Below are positions 63,390 through 64,000 of a DNA stretch of 64,000 bases, piece after piece (the first letter of the stretch is position 1; each line of letters opens with the position of its first letter). Both the position numbers and the translations under genes were made by a program. The notes under the pieces are model-generated. The model was given only the letters and a program-made list of their open reading frames with translations, searched no databases and had not been told where the DNA came from. Origin of the DNA: Epithemia pelagica (lineage: Eukaryota; Protista; Bacillariophyta); assembly GCA_946965045.2 (NCBI GenBank), contig OX337238.1:310001-374000 (forward strand). Reading direction: 5' to 3'.

Positions 63390-64000
63390 TCTGAGTGAAT
63401 GTGACACTCTTGTACGTTGTCTCCGCCTGCACAAACGGATGATGAGGTCTGATGTAATGAGATGATGGATGATGGATTGATTCTGTGGATGGCGTTGGAT
63501 TGATGTCTCATTTAGAGCGACCAAGGTGCGGCCAGATTGTCATTCGCCATGTTACTATGTTTGCTATGTATATGTCTACTTTCCCCCTCTAGATGCTCCT
63601 CCTCCATACTCCTATATTTTACCGTTCGTTTTGTGGTTCTAGAAAACGCGTCGCGAATATCTTTTGATTGAAACGAAGGACCAAGTTCCTGCGTCGTTGT
63701 GGTCTGATCGAGTGCTCTATATTATGGGCTTGTATAGATTCGGAAGGCATGTACTCGTAGAGGGACAATTTTCGCATACATAGGGAGCAAGGAAACTCTC
63801 TGCTTCGGTTTATTGGTCGTACGATTGCATCCACAACTAATAGAATAGGAAGTTTACAATCGTGATGCTACAGGATCAATGTCCAACATTCACTGTTCGC
63901 CATGTCCAGGCTTTGTTTCGGCCGTTCGGTTTATCAATCCTTTTTCAAAGCATCATATTCAAGTCTTGCTTGCAACAGAGCACGTTGAGCTTGTTCCTTT

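Overview
Eukaryotic, diatom-like (stramenopile) nuclear DNA. Evidence: short GT-AG introns, bipartite ASAFAP-type plastid presequences, an HSF-type factor, an OPR-RAP protein and an expanded Kelch family. No rRNA, tRNA or CRISPR array was seen. The window has four main parts. (1) Bases 1-12,000 are a decayed tandem triplication of the unit [kanadaptin-like FHA gene, degenerate spacer, secreted beta-helix gene, Kelch gene]. (2) A block of ordinary genes: Erv1/ALR, methyltransferase, DnaJ, coiled-coil protein, a 1391-aa isochorismatase fusion, a DFR-like reductase and DUF1295. (3) A complete, young tyrosine-recombinase retrotransposon (Ngaro/PAT type, 27999-34100) with identical split direct repeats A1-ORFs-B1-A2-B2. 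Its gag and RT/RNaseH ORFs are in the same frame and separated by a single TAG. It appears to sit inside the 5' coding region of a SulP/SLC26 anion transporter gene. (4) A rearranged stretch containing a chimeric pseudogene, two palindromic repeat arrays, a frameshifted valyl-tRNA synthetase, a head-to-head pair of membrane-anchored potato-inhibitor-I genes with different P1 residues, a decayed SOS1-type antiporter, a duplicated 84-nt hairpin, and intact NAT9, renalase-like, HSF and plastid OPR-RAP genes. All family assignments come from motif recognition by eye; no database searches were run.
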